DNA from: Eledone cirrhosa
Taxonomy: Eukaryota
Direction: 5' to 3'
Length of the DNA: 64,000 nucleotides
Assembly (NCBI GenBank): GCA_964016885.1
Contig: OZ024745.1
Location: 97,960,001-98,024,000, forward strand
Shown: piece by piece, positions 21,901 through 36,900 of the stretch
Numbering within the stretch: the stretch's first letter is position 1
Layout: every line of letters starts with the position of its first letter
Translations under genes and position numbers: made by a program
The notes under the pieces: generated by a model
Database searches by the model: none
Told to the model about the DNA's origin: nothing
Seen by the model: only the letters and a program-made list of their open reading frames with translations

Positions 21901-24900
21901 GCTAGTATTTAAATAGAATTTACATTATAGTGTGTGGAAGTGATCCCTCAGTTAGTACTTAAGTAGAACTTACTTTATAGCGTGTGGAATGACCCCTCAG
22001 CCAGTACTTGAGTAGAACATACTTTATAGTGTGTGGAAGTGACCCTTCAGCTAGTACTAGACTAGAACTTGCTTTGTAGTGTGTGTAAGAGTCCACCCAG
22101 CTAGTACTTGAGCAGAACTTACTTTATTGTGTGTGGAGGTGATTCCTCAGCTAGTACTTGACAAGAAAATACTTTATAATGTGTTGAAGTGAGCTCTCAG
22201 CCAGTATTTGAGTGAACTTACTTCATAGTGTGTGTAAGTCACCCCTCAGCCTTTACAAGACTAGAACTTACATTATAGTATGTGTAAGTGATCCCGTAGC
22301 AAGTACTTGACTAGAACTTACTTTATAGTATGTGGAACTGATTCCTCAGCTAGTACTTGACTAGAACCTACGTTATAATGTGTGGAAGTGACCCTTCAGC
22401 TAGTACTAGAGTAGCACTTACTTTATAGTGTGTGGAAGTGACCCCTCAGCTAGTACTTGAGTGAACTTACTTCATAGTGTGTGTAAGTGACCCCTCAGCC
22501 AGTACTAGACTAGAACTTAATTTATAGTGTGTGGAAGTGTCCCCTCAGCTAGTACTAGATTAGGACTTACTTTATAGTGTGTGGAAGTGACCCCTCAGCT
22601 AGTACTTACTTTATAGAGTCAGGAAGTGACCCCTCAGCTCGTACTAGACTTGAACTTACTTGATCGTGTGTGGAAGTGATCCCTCAGCAAGTACTTGACA
22701 AGAACTTACTTTATAGTGTGTGCTAGCGACCGCTCAGCCAGTATTGGCGTAGAACTTACCTTATAGTTTGTAGATGTGATCCCTCAGCTAGTAGTAGAGA
22801 AGAAGTTACTTTAAAGTGTGTGGAAGTGACCCCTCAGCTAGTACTAGACTAGAACTTACTTTATAGGGTGTGGGAGTGTCCCCTCAGCTAGTACTAGAGT
22901 AGAGCTTACTTTATAGTGTGTAGAAGTGACCCCTCAGCTAGTACTTGAGTAGAACTTACTTTATAGTCCGTGAAAGTGACCCCTCAGCAAGTACTTGACT
23001 AGAACTTACTTTATAGTGTGTGGAAGTAACCCCTCAGCTAGTACTTGACTAGAACTTACTTTATAGTGTGTGCAAATGAACCCTCAGCTAGTACTTAAGT
23101 AGAATTTAGATTATAGTGTGTGGAAATGACCCTTCAGATAGTACTTGAGTAGAACTTACTTTATAGTGTGTGGAAGTGAATCCTCAGCCAGTACTTGAGT
23201 AGAACATACTTTATAGTGTGTGGAAGTGACCCCTCAGCTCGTACTAGACTTGAACTTACTTTATAATGTGTGGAAGTGATCCCTCAGCAAGTACTTAACT
23301 AGAACGTACTTTATAGTGTAAGCGACTCCTCAGTCAGTACTTGAGTAGAACTTACTTTATAGTGTGTGAAAGTGACACCTCAACTAGTACTTGAGTAGAA
23401 CTTACTTTTTTGTTTGTGGAAGTGACCCCTCAACTAGTACTTGAGTAGAACTTACTTTATAGTGTGTGTAAGTGACCCCTCAGCTAGTACTAGAGAAGAA
23501 CTTACTTTATAGTGTGTGGATGTGACCCCCTTAGCTAATACTAGACTAGAACTTTCTTTATAGTGTGTGGAAGTGTCCCTTCAGCTAATACTAGACTAGT
23601 ACTTACTTTATAGTGTGTGGAAGTGACCCCTAATCCAGTACTTGAGTAGAACTTACTTTATTGTGTTTGGAGGTGATTCCTCAGCTAGTACTTGACTAGA
23701 ACTTACTTTATAGTGTGTGGAAATGACACCTTAGCTAGTACTTTAGTAGAACTTACTTTATAGTGTGTTGAAATGACCTCTCAGCCAGTACTTGAGTGAA
23801 CTTACTTCATAGAGTGTGTAAGTGACCCCTCAGCCAGTACTAGACTAGAACTTAATTTATAGTGTGTGGAAGTGACCCCTCAGCTAGTACTTACTTTATA
23901 ATGTGTGGAAGTGACACCTCAGTCAGTACTAGACTAGAACTAACTTTATAGTGTGAGGAAGTGACCCCCTCAGCTATTACTTGTGTAGAAACTACTTTAT
24001 AGTGTGTGGAAATGACCCCTCAGCTGGTACTTGTGTAGAACTTACTTTATATGTGTGGAAGTGACCCCTCAGCCAGTACTAGACTAGAACTACTTTTATA
24101 GTATGTGTAAGTGACCCCTCATCCAGCACTTGACTAGAACTTACTTTATAGTGCGTAGGTGTGACCCCTCAGCTAGTACTGGACTAAAACTTACTTTACT
24201 TTACAGTATGTGGAAGTGACCCCTCAACCAGTACTTGATTAGAACTAACTTTGTAGTGTGAGGAAGTGACCCCTCAGCTAGTACTTTTCTATAACTTACT
24301 TTATAGTGTGTGGAGGTGACCCCTCAGCCAATACTTGAGTAGAACCTACTTTATAATATGTGGCAGTGACCCCTCAGCCAGTACGTCAGTAGAATTTATT
24401 TTATAGTGTGTGGAAGTGACCCCTCACCTAATACTTGAGTAGAACTTACTTTATAGTGTGTGGAAGTGATCCTTCCGTTAGTACTACAAAAGAACTTACT
24501 TTATAGCGTGTGGAAGTGACCCCTCAGCTAGTACTAGACGAGAACTTACTTTATAGTGTGTGGAAGTGTCCCCACAGCTAGTACTAGACTAGAGCTTACT
24601 TTATACTGTGTGGAAGGGACCCCTCTGCTAGTAATTTAGTCGAACTTACTTTATAGTGTGTGGATGTGATCCCTCAGCTAGTACTAGACAAGAACATATT
24701 TTATAGTGTGTGGAAGTGACCCCTCAGCCAGTACTGGAGTAGAACTTACTTTATAATGTGTGGAAGTGACACCTCAGTCAGTACTAGACTAGAACTAACT
24801 TTATAGTGTGAGGAAGTGACCCCCTCAGCTATTACTTGTGTAGAAACTACTTTATAGTGTGTGGAAATGACCCCTCAGCTGGTACTTAAGTAGAACTTAC

Positions 24901-27900
24901 ATTATAATATGTGGAAGTGACCTCTCAGCTAGTACCGGAGTAGAAGTTACTTTATAGTGTGTTGAAGTGACACCTCAGTTACTATTTGAGTAGAACTTAC
25001 TCTATAGTGTGTGGAATTGACTCACTCGGCCAGTACTTGAGTAGAACTTACTTTATAGTGTGTGGAACTGACCCCTCATCTAGTACTTGAGTCGAACTTA
25101 CTTTATAGTGTGTGGATGTGATCCCACAGCTAGTACTAGAGAAGAATTACTTTATAGTGTGTGAAAGTGACCCCTCAGCTAGTACTAGACTAGAACTTAC
25201 TTTATATTGAGTAGAAGTGACCTCTGAGCTAGTAATAGAAAAGAACTAACTTTATAGTGTGTGGAAGTGACCCCTCAGCCAGTACTTGAGTAGAACTTAC
25301 TTTAAAATGTGTGGAAGTGACACATCAGTCAGCACTAGACTAAAGCTAACTTCATAGTGTGAGGAAGTGACCCCCTCAATTAATAATTGTGTAGAACCTA
25401 CTTTATAGTGTGTGAAATGACACCTCAGCTAGTACTTAAGTAGAACTTACATTATAATGTGTGGAAGTGACCCCTCAGCTAGTATCGGAGTAGAACTTAC
25501 TTTATAGTGTGTGAAAGTGACCCCTCAGCCAGTACTTGAGAAGAACTTACTTTATAGTGTGTGGAAGTGACCCCTCAGTTGGTATTTGAGTAGGACTTAC
25601 TTTATAGTGTGTGGAAGAGACCACTCAGCTAGTACTTGAGGAGAACTTCCCTTATAGTGTGTGGAAGTGATCCCTCAGGAAGTACATGACACGAACTTAC
25701 TTTATAGTGTGTGGAAGCGATCCTTCAGCCAGTACTTGAGTAGAACCTACTTTATAGTGTGTGGAAGTGACCCCTCAGCTACTACCGGAGTAGAACTTAC
25801 TGTATAATGTGTGGAAGTGACCCCTCAGCTAGTACTAGACTAGAACTTACTTTATAGTGTGTGGATGTGATCCCTCAGCTAGTACTAGACTAGAACTTAC
25901 TTTATAGTGTGTGGAAGTGAGCCTCAGCTAGTACTAGACTAGGACCTGCTTTATATTATGTGTAAGTGATGCCTCATCCAGCACTAGACTACAACTTACT
26001 TTATAGTGCGTAGAAGTGAACCCTCAGCTAGTACTAGACAAGAACTTACTTTACTTTATAGTGTGTGGAAGTGACCCCTCAGCCAGTACTTGAGAAGAAC
26101 CGACTTTATAATGTGTGGAAGTGAACCCTCAGCTAGTACTTGAGTAGGACTTACTTTATAGTGTGTGAAAGTTTCCCCTCAGCTAATACTAGTCTAGAAC
26201 TTACTTTATATTATGTGTAAGTGATCCCTCAGCCAGTACTAGACTAGAACTTACTTTATAGTGTGTAGAAGTGACTCCTCAGCTATTACTAGAGTAGAAC
26301 TTACTTTATAGTGTGTGGAAGTGACCACTTAGCCAGTACTTTGTAGAACTTATTTTATAATGTGTGGAAGTGACCCCTCAGTCAGTACTAGACAAGAACT
26401 AACTTTATAGTGTGTGGAAGTGACCCCTCAGTAAGTACTAGACAAGAAAGAACTTTATAGTGTGAGGAAGTGACCCCTCAGCTAGTACTTTTCTAGAACT
26501 TAGTTTGTTGTGTGTGGAAGTGACCTCTCAGTCAGTACTATTATAGAACTAACTTTATAGTGTGAGGAAGTGACTCATCAGCCAGTACTTGAGTAGAACT
26601 TACTTTATAGTTTGTGGAAGTGACCACTTAGCTAGTACCGGAGTAGAACTTACTTTATAGTCTTTGGTGGTGACGCCTCAGTCAGTACTAGACAAGAACT
26701 AACTTTATAGTGTGAGGAAGTGACCCCTCAGCTAGTACTTTTCTATAATTTACTTTATAGTGTGTGGAAATGACCCTTCAGTCAGTACTATTCTAGAACT
26801 AACTTTATAGTGAGAGGATGTGATCCCTCAGGTAATACTAGTCTAGAACTTACTTTATAGTGTGTGGAAGTGACCCCTCATCTAGAGCTTGAGTAGAACT
26901 TAATTTATAGTGTGTGGAAGTGACCCCTCAGCTAGTACTTGAGTAGAACACTACTTTAGAGTGTGTGGAACTGACCCCTCAGCGAGTACTCGAGTAGAAC
27001 TTACTTTATAGTGTCTGGAAATGACTCCTCAGTCAGTACTTGAGTAGAACTTACTTTATAGTGTGTGGAAGTGACCTCTCAGCCAGTATTTGAGTAGAAC
27101 TTACATTATAGTGTGTGGAAGTGACCCCTTAGCGAGTACTAGAGTAGAACCTACTTTATAATGTGTGGAAGTGACCCCTCAGCCAGTACGTGAGTAGAAT
27201 TTACTTTATAGTGTGTGGAAGTGACCTCTCAGCTAGTACTTGTGTATAACTCACTTTATATGTATGGAAGTGACCCCTCAGCTAGTACTAGACTCGAACA
27301 TTCTTTGTAGTGTGTGTGGAAGTGTCCCCTCAGCTAATACTTGTCTAGAACTTACTTTATATCATGTTTAAGTGACCCCTCAGCCAGTACTAGACTAGAA
27401 CTTACTTTATAGTGTGTGGAAGTGACAACTCAGCCAGTACTTGAGTAGAACCTTCGTTATAGTGTGTGGAAATGACCACTCAGCCAGTACTTGAGTAGAA
27501 CTTACTATATAGTGTGTCCAAGTGACCCATCAGTCATACTATACTAGAACTTACTTTATAGTGTGTGGAAGTGACCACTCAGCCAGTTCTTGTGTAGAAT
27601 TTACTTTATAGTGTGTGGAAGTGACCCCTCAGTAAGTACTAGACAAGAACGAACTTTATAGTGTGAGGAAGTGACCCGTCAGCTAGTACTTTTCTTGAAC
27701 TTACTTTGTTGTGTGGAAGTGACCGCTCAGTCAGTACTATTCTAGAACTAACTTTATAGTGTGAGAAAGTGACACATCAGCCAGTACTTGAGTAGAACTT
27801 ACTTTATAGTGTGTGGAAGTGACCCTTCAGTCAGTACTATTCTAGAACTAACTTTATAGTGTGAGGAAGTGACCCTCAGCTATTACTTGTGTAGAACCTA

Positions 27901-30900
27901 TTTTATAGTGCGTGCAAATGACCCCTCAGCTAATACTTGAGTAGAACTTACTTTATAGTGTGTGGAAGTGACCCTTCAGCCAGTACATGAGTAGAACTTA
28001 CTTTATAGTGTTTGGAAATGACTCCTCAGCCAGTACGTGAGCAGAATTTACTTTATAGTGTGTGGAAGTGACCCCTCAGCTAGTACTTGTGTATAACTTA
28101 CTTTATATTATGTGTAAGTGACCCCTCAGCCAGTACTAGATTAGAACTTACTTTATAGTGTGTGGAAGTGACCACTCAGCCAGTACTTGAGTAGAACCTT
28201 CTTTATAGTGTGTGCAAGTGACCCCTCAGCCAGTACTTGAGAAGAACTTACTTTATATTGTGTGGAAGTGACCCCTCAGCTAGTAGTAGACTAGAACTTA
28301 CATTATAGTGTGTGGAGTGACCCCTCAGCCAGTACTTGAGTGAACTTACTTTATAGTGTGTGTAAGTGTCCCCTCTGCCTGTACTAGACCAGAACTTACT
28401 TTATATTGTGTGTAAGTGACCCCTAGGACAGTGCTAGACTAGAACATACTTTATAGTGTGTTGAAATGACCCCTCCACTAGTACTAGACAAGAACTAACT
28501 TTATAGGGCATGGAAGTGACCCCTCAGTCAGTACTAGACTAGAACTAACTTTATAGTTTGAGGAAGTGACCCCTCAGCTAATACTTGTGTAAAACTTCCA
28601 TTATATGTGTGGAAGTGACCCCTCAGCCAATACTAGACTAGAACCTCCTTTATATTATGTGTAAGTGACCCCTCATCCAGCACTAGAACTTACTTTATAG
28701 TGTGTCGAAGTGACCTCTCAGTCAGGATTTGAGTAGAACTTACTTTATAGTGTGTGGAAATGACCCCTCAGGCAGTACTTGACTAGAACTTACTTTATAG
28801 TGTTGGGAAATGACTACTCAGCTAGTACTTGAGTAAAAATTACGTTATAGTGTGTGGAAGTGACCACTCAGCCAGTACTTGTGTAGAACTAACTTTATAT
28901 GTGTGGAAGTAAGCCTCAGCCAGTAATAGACTAGAACATATTTTATAATGTGTGGAATTGACCCCCTTAGCCAGTACTAGACATAAACTAACTTTATAGT
29001 GTGAGGAGGTGACCCCTCAGCTAGTACTTTTCAATAACTTACTTCATAGTGTGTGGAAGTGACCCCTGAGTCAGTACTATTCTAGAACTTACTTTATAGT
29101 GTGTGGAAGTGACCACTCAGCCAGTACTTTGTAGAACTTATTTTATAATGTGTGGAAGTGACCCCTCAGTCAGTACCAGACAAGAACTAACTTTATAGTG
29201 TGTGGAAGTGACCCCTCAGTAAGTACTAGACAAGAAAGAACTTTATAGTGTGAGGAAGTGACCCCTCAGCTAGTACTTTTCTAGAACTTAGTTTGTTGTG
29301 TGTGGAAGTGACCTCTCAGTCAGTACTATTCTAGAACTAACATTATAGTGTGAGGAAGTGACTCATCAGCCAGTACTTGAGTAGAACTTACTTTATAGGT
29401 TGTGGAAGTAACCACTTAGCTAGTACCGGAGTATAACTTACTTTATAGTCTTTGGAAGTGACCCCTCAGACAGTACTAGACAAGAACTAACTTTATAGTG
29501 TGAGGAAGTGACCCCTCAGCTAGTACTTTTCTATAATTTACTTTATAGTGTGTGGAAATGACCCTTCAGTCAGTACTATTCTAGAACTAACTTTATAGTG
29601 TGAGGATGTGATCCCTCAGGTAATACTAGTCTAGAACTTACTTTATAGTGTGTGGAAGTGACCCCTCATCTTGAGCTTGAGTAGAACTTAATTTATAGTG
29701 TGTGGAAGTGACCCCTCAGCTAGTACTTGAGTAGAACACTACTTTAGAGTGTGTGGAACTGACCCCTCAGCGAGTACTCGAGTAGAACTTACTTTATAGT
29801 GTCTGGAAATGACTCCTCAGCCAGTACTTGAGTAGAACTTACTTTATAGTGTGTGGAAGTGACCTCTCAGCCAGTATTTGAGTAGAACTTACATTATAGT
29901 GTGTGGAAGTGACCCCTTAGCGAGTACTAGAGTAGAACCTACTTTATAATGTGTGGAAGTGACCCCTCAGCCAGTATGTGAGTAGAATTTACTTTATAGT
30001 GTGTGGAAGTGACCTCTCAGCTAGTACTTGTGTATAACTCACTTTATATGTATGGAAGTGACCCCTCAGCTAGTACTAGACTCGAACATTCTTTGTAGTG
30101 TGTGGAAGTGTCCCCTCAGCTAATACTTGTCTAGAACTTACTTTATATTATGTTTAAGTGACCCCTCAGCCAGTACTAGACTAGAAATTACTTTATAGTG
30201 TGTGGAAGTGACAACTCAGCCAGTACTTGAGTAGAACCTTCGTTATAGTGTGCGGAAATGACCACTCAGCCAGTACTTGAGTAGAACTTACTATATAGTG
30301 TGTCCAAGTGACCCATCAGTCATACTATACTAGAACTTACTTTATAGTGTGTGGAAGTGACCACTCAGCCAGTTCTTGTGTAGAATTTACTTTATAGTGT
30401 GTGGAAGTGACCCCTCAGTAAGTACTAGACAAGAACGAACTTTATAGTGTGAGGAAATGACCCGTCAGCTAGTACTTTTCTTGAACTTACTTTGTTGTGT
30501 GGAAGTGACCGCTCAGTCAGTACTATTCTAGAACTAACTTTATAGTGTGAGAAAGTGACACATCAGCCAGTACTTGAGTAGAACTTACTTTATAGTGTGT
30601 GGAAGTGACCCTTCAGTCAGTACTATTCTAGAACTAACTTTATAGTGTAAGGAAGTGACCCTCAGCTATTACTTGTGTAGAACTTATTTTATAGTGCGTG
30701 CAAATGACCCCTCAGCTAATACTTGAGTAGAACTTACTTTATAGTGTGTGGAAGTGACCCTTCAGCCAGTACATGAGTAGAACTTACTTTATAGTTTGTG
30801 GAAGTGACCCCTTAGCTAGTACCGGAGTAGAACTTACTTTATATGTGGAAGTGACCCCTCAGCTAGTACTAGAGTAGAACTTACTTTATAGTGTGTGGAT

Positions 30901-33900
30901 GTGATCCCTCAGGTAATACTAGTCTAGAACTTACTTTATAGTGTGAGGAAATGACTCCTCAGCCAGTACGTGAGCAGAATTTACTTTATAGTGTGTGGAA
31001 GTGACCCCTCAGCTAGTACTTGTGTATAACTTACTATATATTATGTGTAAGTGACCCCTCAGCCAGTACTAGATTAGAACTTACTTTATAGTGTGTGGAA
31101 GTGACCACTCAGCCAGTACTTGAGTAGAACTTACTTTATAGTGTGTGCAAGTGACCCCTCAGCCAGTACTTGAGAAGAACTTACTTTATATTGTGTGGAA
31201 GTGACCCCTCAGCTAGTAGTAGACTAGAACTTACATTATAGTGTGTGGAGTGACCCCTCAACCAGTACTTGAGTTAACTTACTTTATAGTGTGTGTAAGT
31301 GTCCCCTCTGCCTGTACTAGACCAGAACTTACTTTATATTGTGTGTAAGTGACCCCTAGGACAGTGCTAGACTAGAACATACTTTATAGTGTGTTGAAAT
31401 GACCCCTCCACTAGTACTAGACAAGAACTAACTTTATAGGGCATGGAAGTGACCCCTCAGTCAGTACTAAACTAGAACTAGCTTTATAGTTTGAGGAAGT
31501 GACCCCTCAGCTAATACTTGTGTAAAACTTCCATTATATGTGTGGAAGTGACCCCTCAGCCAATACTAGACTAGAACCTCCTTTATATTATGTGTAAGTG
31601 ACCCCTCATCCAGCACTAGAACTTACTTTATAGTGTGTCGAAGTGACCTCTCAGTCAGGATTTGAGTAGAACTTACTTTATAGTGTGTGGAAATGACCCC
31701 TCAGGCAGTACTTGACTAGAACTTACTTTATAGTGTTGGGAAGTGACTACTCAGCTAGTACTTGAGTAAAAATTACGTTATAGTGTGTGGAAGTGACCAC
31801 TCAGCCAGTACTTGTGTAGAACTAACTTTATATGTGTGGAAGTAAGCCTCAGCCAGTAATAGACTAGAACATATTTTATAATGTGTGGAATTGACCCCCT
31901 TAGCCAGTACTAGACATAAACTAACTTTATAGTGTGAGGAGGTGACCCCTCAGCTAGTACTTTTCAATAACTTACTTCATAGTGTGTGGAAGTGAACCCT
32001 GAGTCAGTACTATTCTAGAACTAACTTTATAGTGTGAGGAAGTGACCCTCAGCTATTACTTGTGTAAAACCTACTTTATAGTGTGTGGAAGTAACCCCTC
32101 ATCAAGTACTTGAGTAGAACTTACTTTATAGTGTGTGGAAATGACCCCTCAGCCAGTACTTGAGTAGAACTTACTTTATAGTGTGTGGAAGTGACCCCCC
32201 AGCTAGTGCTTGAGTAGAATTTACTTTATAGTGTGAAGAAATGACCCCTCAGTTAGTACTTGAGTAGAACACTACTTTATAGTGTGTGGAAGTAACCCCT
32301 CATCAAGTACTTGAGTAGAACTTACTTTATAGTGTGTGGAAATGACCCCTCAGCCAGTACTTGAGTAGAACTTACTTTATAGTGTGTGGAAGTGACCCCT
32401 CAGCTAGTGCTTGAGTAGAATTTACTTTATAGCGTGTGGAAGTGACGCCTCAGCTAGTACTTGTGTAGAACTTACTTTATATGTGTGGAAGTGACCCCTC
32501 AGCCAATACTAGACAAGAACTTGCTTTATAGAGTGTGAAATTGATCCCTCAGCTAGTACTAGAGAAGAATTACTTTATAGTGTGTGGAAGTGACCCCTCA
32601 GCTAGTACTAGACTAGAACTTACTTTATAGTGTGTGGAAGCGTCCCCTCAGCTAGTACTAGACTAGAGCTTACTTTATAGTGTGTGAAAGTGACCCCTCA
32701 GCTTATACTAGACTAGAACTTACTTTATAGTGTGTGGAAATGTCCCCTCAGCCAGTACTTAAGTAGAACTTACTTTATAGTGTGTGGAAATGACCCTTCA
32801 GCCAGTACCTGAGTAGAACTTACATTATAGTGTGTTGAACTGACACCTCAGCTAGTACTTGAGTATAACTTACTTTATAGTGTATGGAAGTGACCCCTCA
32901 ACTAGTACTTGAGTAGAACTTACTTTTATAGTGTGTGGATATGATCCCTCAGCTAGTACTTGAGTAGAACTTACTTTATACTGTGTGGAAGTGATTCCTC
33001 AGCTAGTACTTGAGTAGAACTTACTTTATAGTGTGTGGTAGTGATTCCTCAGTTAGTACTTGGGTAGAACTTACTTTATAGTGTGTGGAAGTGATCCTCA
33101 GCCAGTACATGAGTGAACTTACTTTATAGTGTGTGGAAAAAATCCCTCAGCAAGTACTTGAGTAGAACTTACTTTATAGTGTGTGGAAGTGTCCCCTCAT
33201 CGAGTACTGGAGTATAACTTACTTCATAGTGTGTGGAAGTGTTCCCTCACCTAGTGCTTGAGTAGAAATTACTTCATAGTGTGTGGAAGTCACCTCCTCA
33301 GCCACTACTTCAGTAGAACTTACTTTATATTGTGTGGAGGTGACCCCTCAGCTAGTACCGATGTAGAACTTAGTTTATAGTGTGTGCAACTGACCCCTCA
33401 GCTCGTACTAGACAAGAACTTTCTTTATAGAGTGTGGAAGAGATACCTCAGGCAATACTTGTGTAGAACTTATTTTATAGTGTGAGGAAGTGACCCCTCA
33501 GCTAGTACTTGTGTGAACTTACTTCATAGTGTGTGTAAGTGACCACTTAGCCAGTAGTAGATAAGAACTTGCTTTATAGTATGTGTAAGTGACCCCTCAG
33601 TCAGTACTAGACAAGAACGTATTTCATAGAGTGTGGAAGCGTGCCCTCAGCCAGTACTTCAGTAGAACTTACTTTATAGTGTGTAGCAGTGATCCTTCAG
33701 CTAGTACTTGAGTAGAACTTACTTTATAGTGTGTGTAAGTGACACCCGAGACAGTACTTGTGTAGAAATTACTTTATAGTGTTTGGAAATGACGCCTCAG
33801 CCAGTACTTCTGTAGACCCTACATTATAGTGTGTGGAAGTGACCCCTAAGCCATTACTTGAGTAGAACTTACTTTATAGAGTCTGGAAGCGACCCTTTAG

Positions 33901-36900
33901 GCAGTACTTGAGTAGAACTTACTTTATAGTTTGTGGAAGTGACCCCTCATCCAGTACTTGAGTAGAACTTACTTTATAGTGTGTGGAAGTGACACCTCAG
34001 CTAGTACCGGAGTAGAACTTACTTTATAATGTGTGCAAGCGACCCCTCAGCTCGTAGTAGACAAGAACTTACTTTATAGTGTGTGAAATTGACCCCTCAG
34101 ACAGTACTTCAGTAGAACATACTTTATAGTGTGTGGAAAATGACCCTTCAGCCAGTACTTCAGTAGAACTTACTTTATAGTGTCTGGAAGTGATCCCTCA
34201 GCTAGTACTAGAGTAGAACTTACTTTATAGTGTGTGGAAGTGCCCCCTCAGCTATTACCTGAGTAGAACCTACTTTATAGTGTGTTAAAGTGACCACTCA
34301 GCTAGTACTAGACAAGACCTTACTTCATAGTGTGTGGAAGTGCTTCCTCACTTAGTAATTGAGTAGAACTTACTTTATAGTGTGTGGTAGTGATTCCTCA
34401 GCTAGTACCTGAGAAGAACTTACTTTATAGTGTTTGGGAATTACTCCTCAGCTAGTACTTGAGTAGAACTTACTTTATAGTGTGTGGAAGTGATCTCTCA
34501 GCTAGTACTAGAGAAGAATTACTTTATAGTGTGTGGAAGTGACCCCTCAGCTAGTACTAGACTAGAACTTACTTTATAGTGTGTGGAAGTGTCCCCTCAG
34601 CTAGTACTAGACTAGAGCTTACTTTATAGTGTGTGAATGTGACCCCTCAGCGTATACTAGACTAGAACTTACTTTATAGTGTGTGGAAATGTCCCCTCAG
34701 CCAGTACTTAAGTAGAACTTACTTTATAGTGTGTGGAAATGACCCTTCAGCCAGTACCTGAGTAGAACTTACATTATAGTGTGTTGAACTGACACCTCAG
34801 CTAGTACTTGAGTATAACTTACTTTATAGTGTATGGAAGTGACCCCTCAACTAGTACTTGAGTAGAACTTACTTTTATAGTGTGTGGATATGATCCCTCA
34901 GCTAGTACTTGAGTAGAACCTACTTTATACTGTGTGGAAGTGATTCCTCAGCTAGTACTTGAGTAGAACTTACTTTATAGTGTGTGGTAGTGATTCCTCA
35001 GTTAGTACTTGGGTAGAACTTACTTTATAGTGTGTGGAAGTGATCCTCAGCCAGTACATGAGTGAACTTACTTTATAGTGTGTGGAAAAAATCCCTCAGC
35101 AAGTACTTGAGTAGAACTTACTTTATAGTGTGTGGAAGTGTCCCCTCATCGAGTACTGGAGTAGAACTTACTTCATAGTGTGTGGAAGTGTTCCCTCACC
35201 TAGTGCTTGAGTAGAAATTACTTCATAGTGTGTGGAAGTCACCTCCTCAGCCACTACTTCAGTAGAACTTACTTTATATTTTGCGGAAGTGACCCCTCAG
35301 CTAGTACCGATGTAGAACTTAGTTTATAGTGTGTGCAACTGACCCCTCAGCTCGTACTAGACAAGAACTTTCTTTATAGAGTGTGGAAGAGATACCTCAG
35401 GCAATACTTGTGTAGAACTTATTTTATAGTGTGAGGAAGTGACCCCTCAGCTAGTACTTGTGTGAACTTACTTCATAGTGTGTGTAAGTGACCACTTAGC
35501 CAGTAGTAGACAAGAACTTGCTTTATAGTATGTGTAAGTGACCCCTAGATCAGTACTAGACAAGAACGTATTTCATAGAGTGTGGAAGCGTGCCCTCAGC
35601 CAGTACTTCAGTAGAACTTACTTTATAGTGTGTAGCAGTGATCCTTCAGCTAGTACTTGAGTAGAACTTACTTTATAGTGTGTGTAAGTGACACCCGAGA
35701 CAGTACTTGTGTAGAAATTACTTTATAGTGTTTGGAAATGACGTTTCAGCCAGTACTTCTGTAGACCCTACATTATAGTGTGTGGAAGTGACCCCTAAGC
35801 CATTACTTGAGTAGAACTTACTTTATAGAGTCTGGAAGCGACCCTTTAGGCAGTACTTGAGTAGAACTTACTTTATAGTTTGTGGAAGTGACCCCTCATC
35901 CAGTACTTGAGTAGAACTTACTTTATAGTGTGTGGAAGTGACACCTCAGCCAGTACCGGAGTAGAACTTACTTTATAATGTGTGCAAGCGACCCCTCAGC
36001 TCGTACTAGACAAGAACTTACTTTATAGTGTGTGAAATTGACCCCTCAGACAGTACTTCAGTAGAACATACTTTATAGTGTGTGGAAAATGACCCTTCAG
36101 CCAGTACTTCAGTAGAACTTACTTTATAGTGTCTGGAAGTGATCCCTCAGCTAGTACTAGAGTAGAACTTACTTTATAGTGTGTTGAAGTGACCCCTCAG
36201 CAAGTACTAGACTATAACTCACTTTATAGAGTGTGGAAGTGTCCCCTCAGCTAGTACTAGACTAGAACTTACTTTATAGTGTGTGGAAGTGCCCCCTCAG
36301 CTATTACCTGAGTAGAACCTACTTTATAGTGTGTTAAAGTGACCACTCAGCTAGTACTAGACTAGACCTTACTTCATAGTGTGTGGAAGTGCTTCCTCAC
36401 TTAGTAATTGAGTAGAACTTACTTTATAGTGTGTGGTAGTGATTCCTCAGCTAGTACCTGAGAAGAACTTACTTTATAGTGTTTGGGAATTACTCCTCAG
36501 CTAGTACTAGAGTAGAACGTACTTTATAGTGTGTGGAAGTGATCTCTCAGCAAGTACTTGACTAGAACTTAATTTATAGTGTATGGAAGCGACGCCTCAG
36601 CCACTAATTCAGTAGAACTTACTTCATAGTGTGTGCCAGTGATCCTTCAGGTAGTACTTGACTAGAACTTACTTTACAGTGTGTGGAAGTGACCCCTCAG
36701 CTAGTACTTCTGTAGAACTTACTTTATAGTGTGTGGGAGTGATTCCTCAGCTAGTACTTGAGCAGAACTTTCTTTATAGTGTGTGGAAGTGACCCCTCAG
36801 CTAGTACTAGACTAGAACTTACTTTATAATGTGTGGAAGTGATTCCTCAGCTAGTATTTGAGTAAAACGTACTTTATAGTGTGTGGAAGTGATTCCTCAG

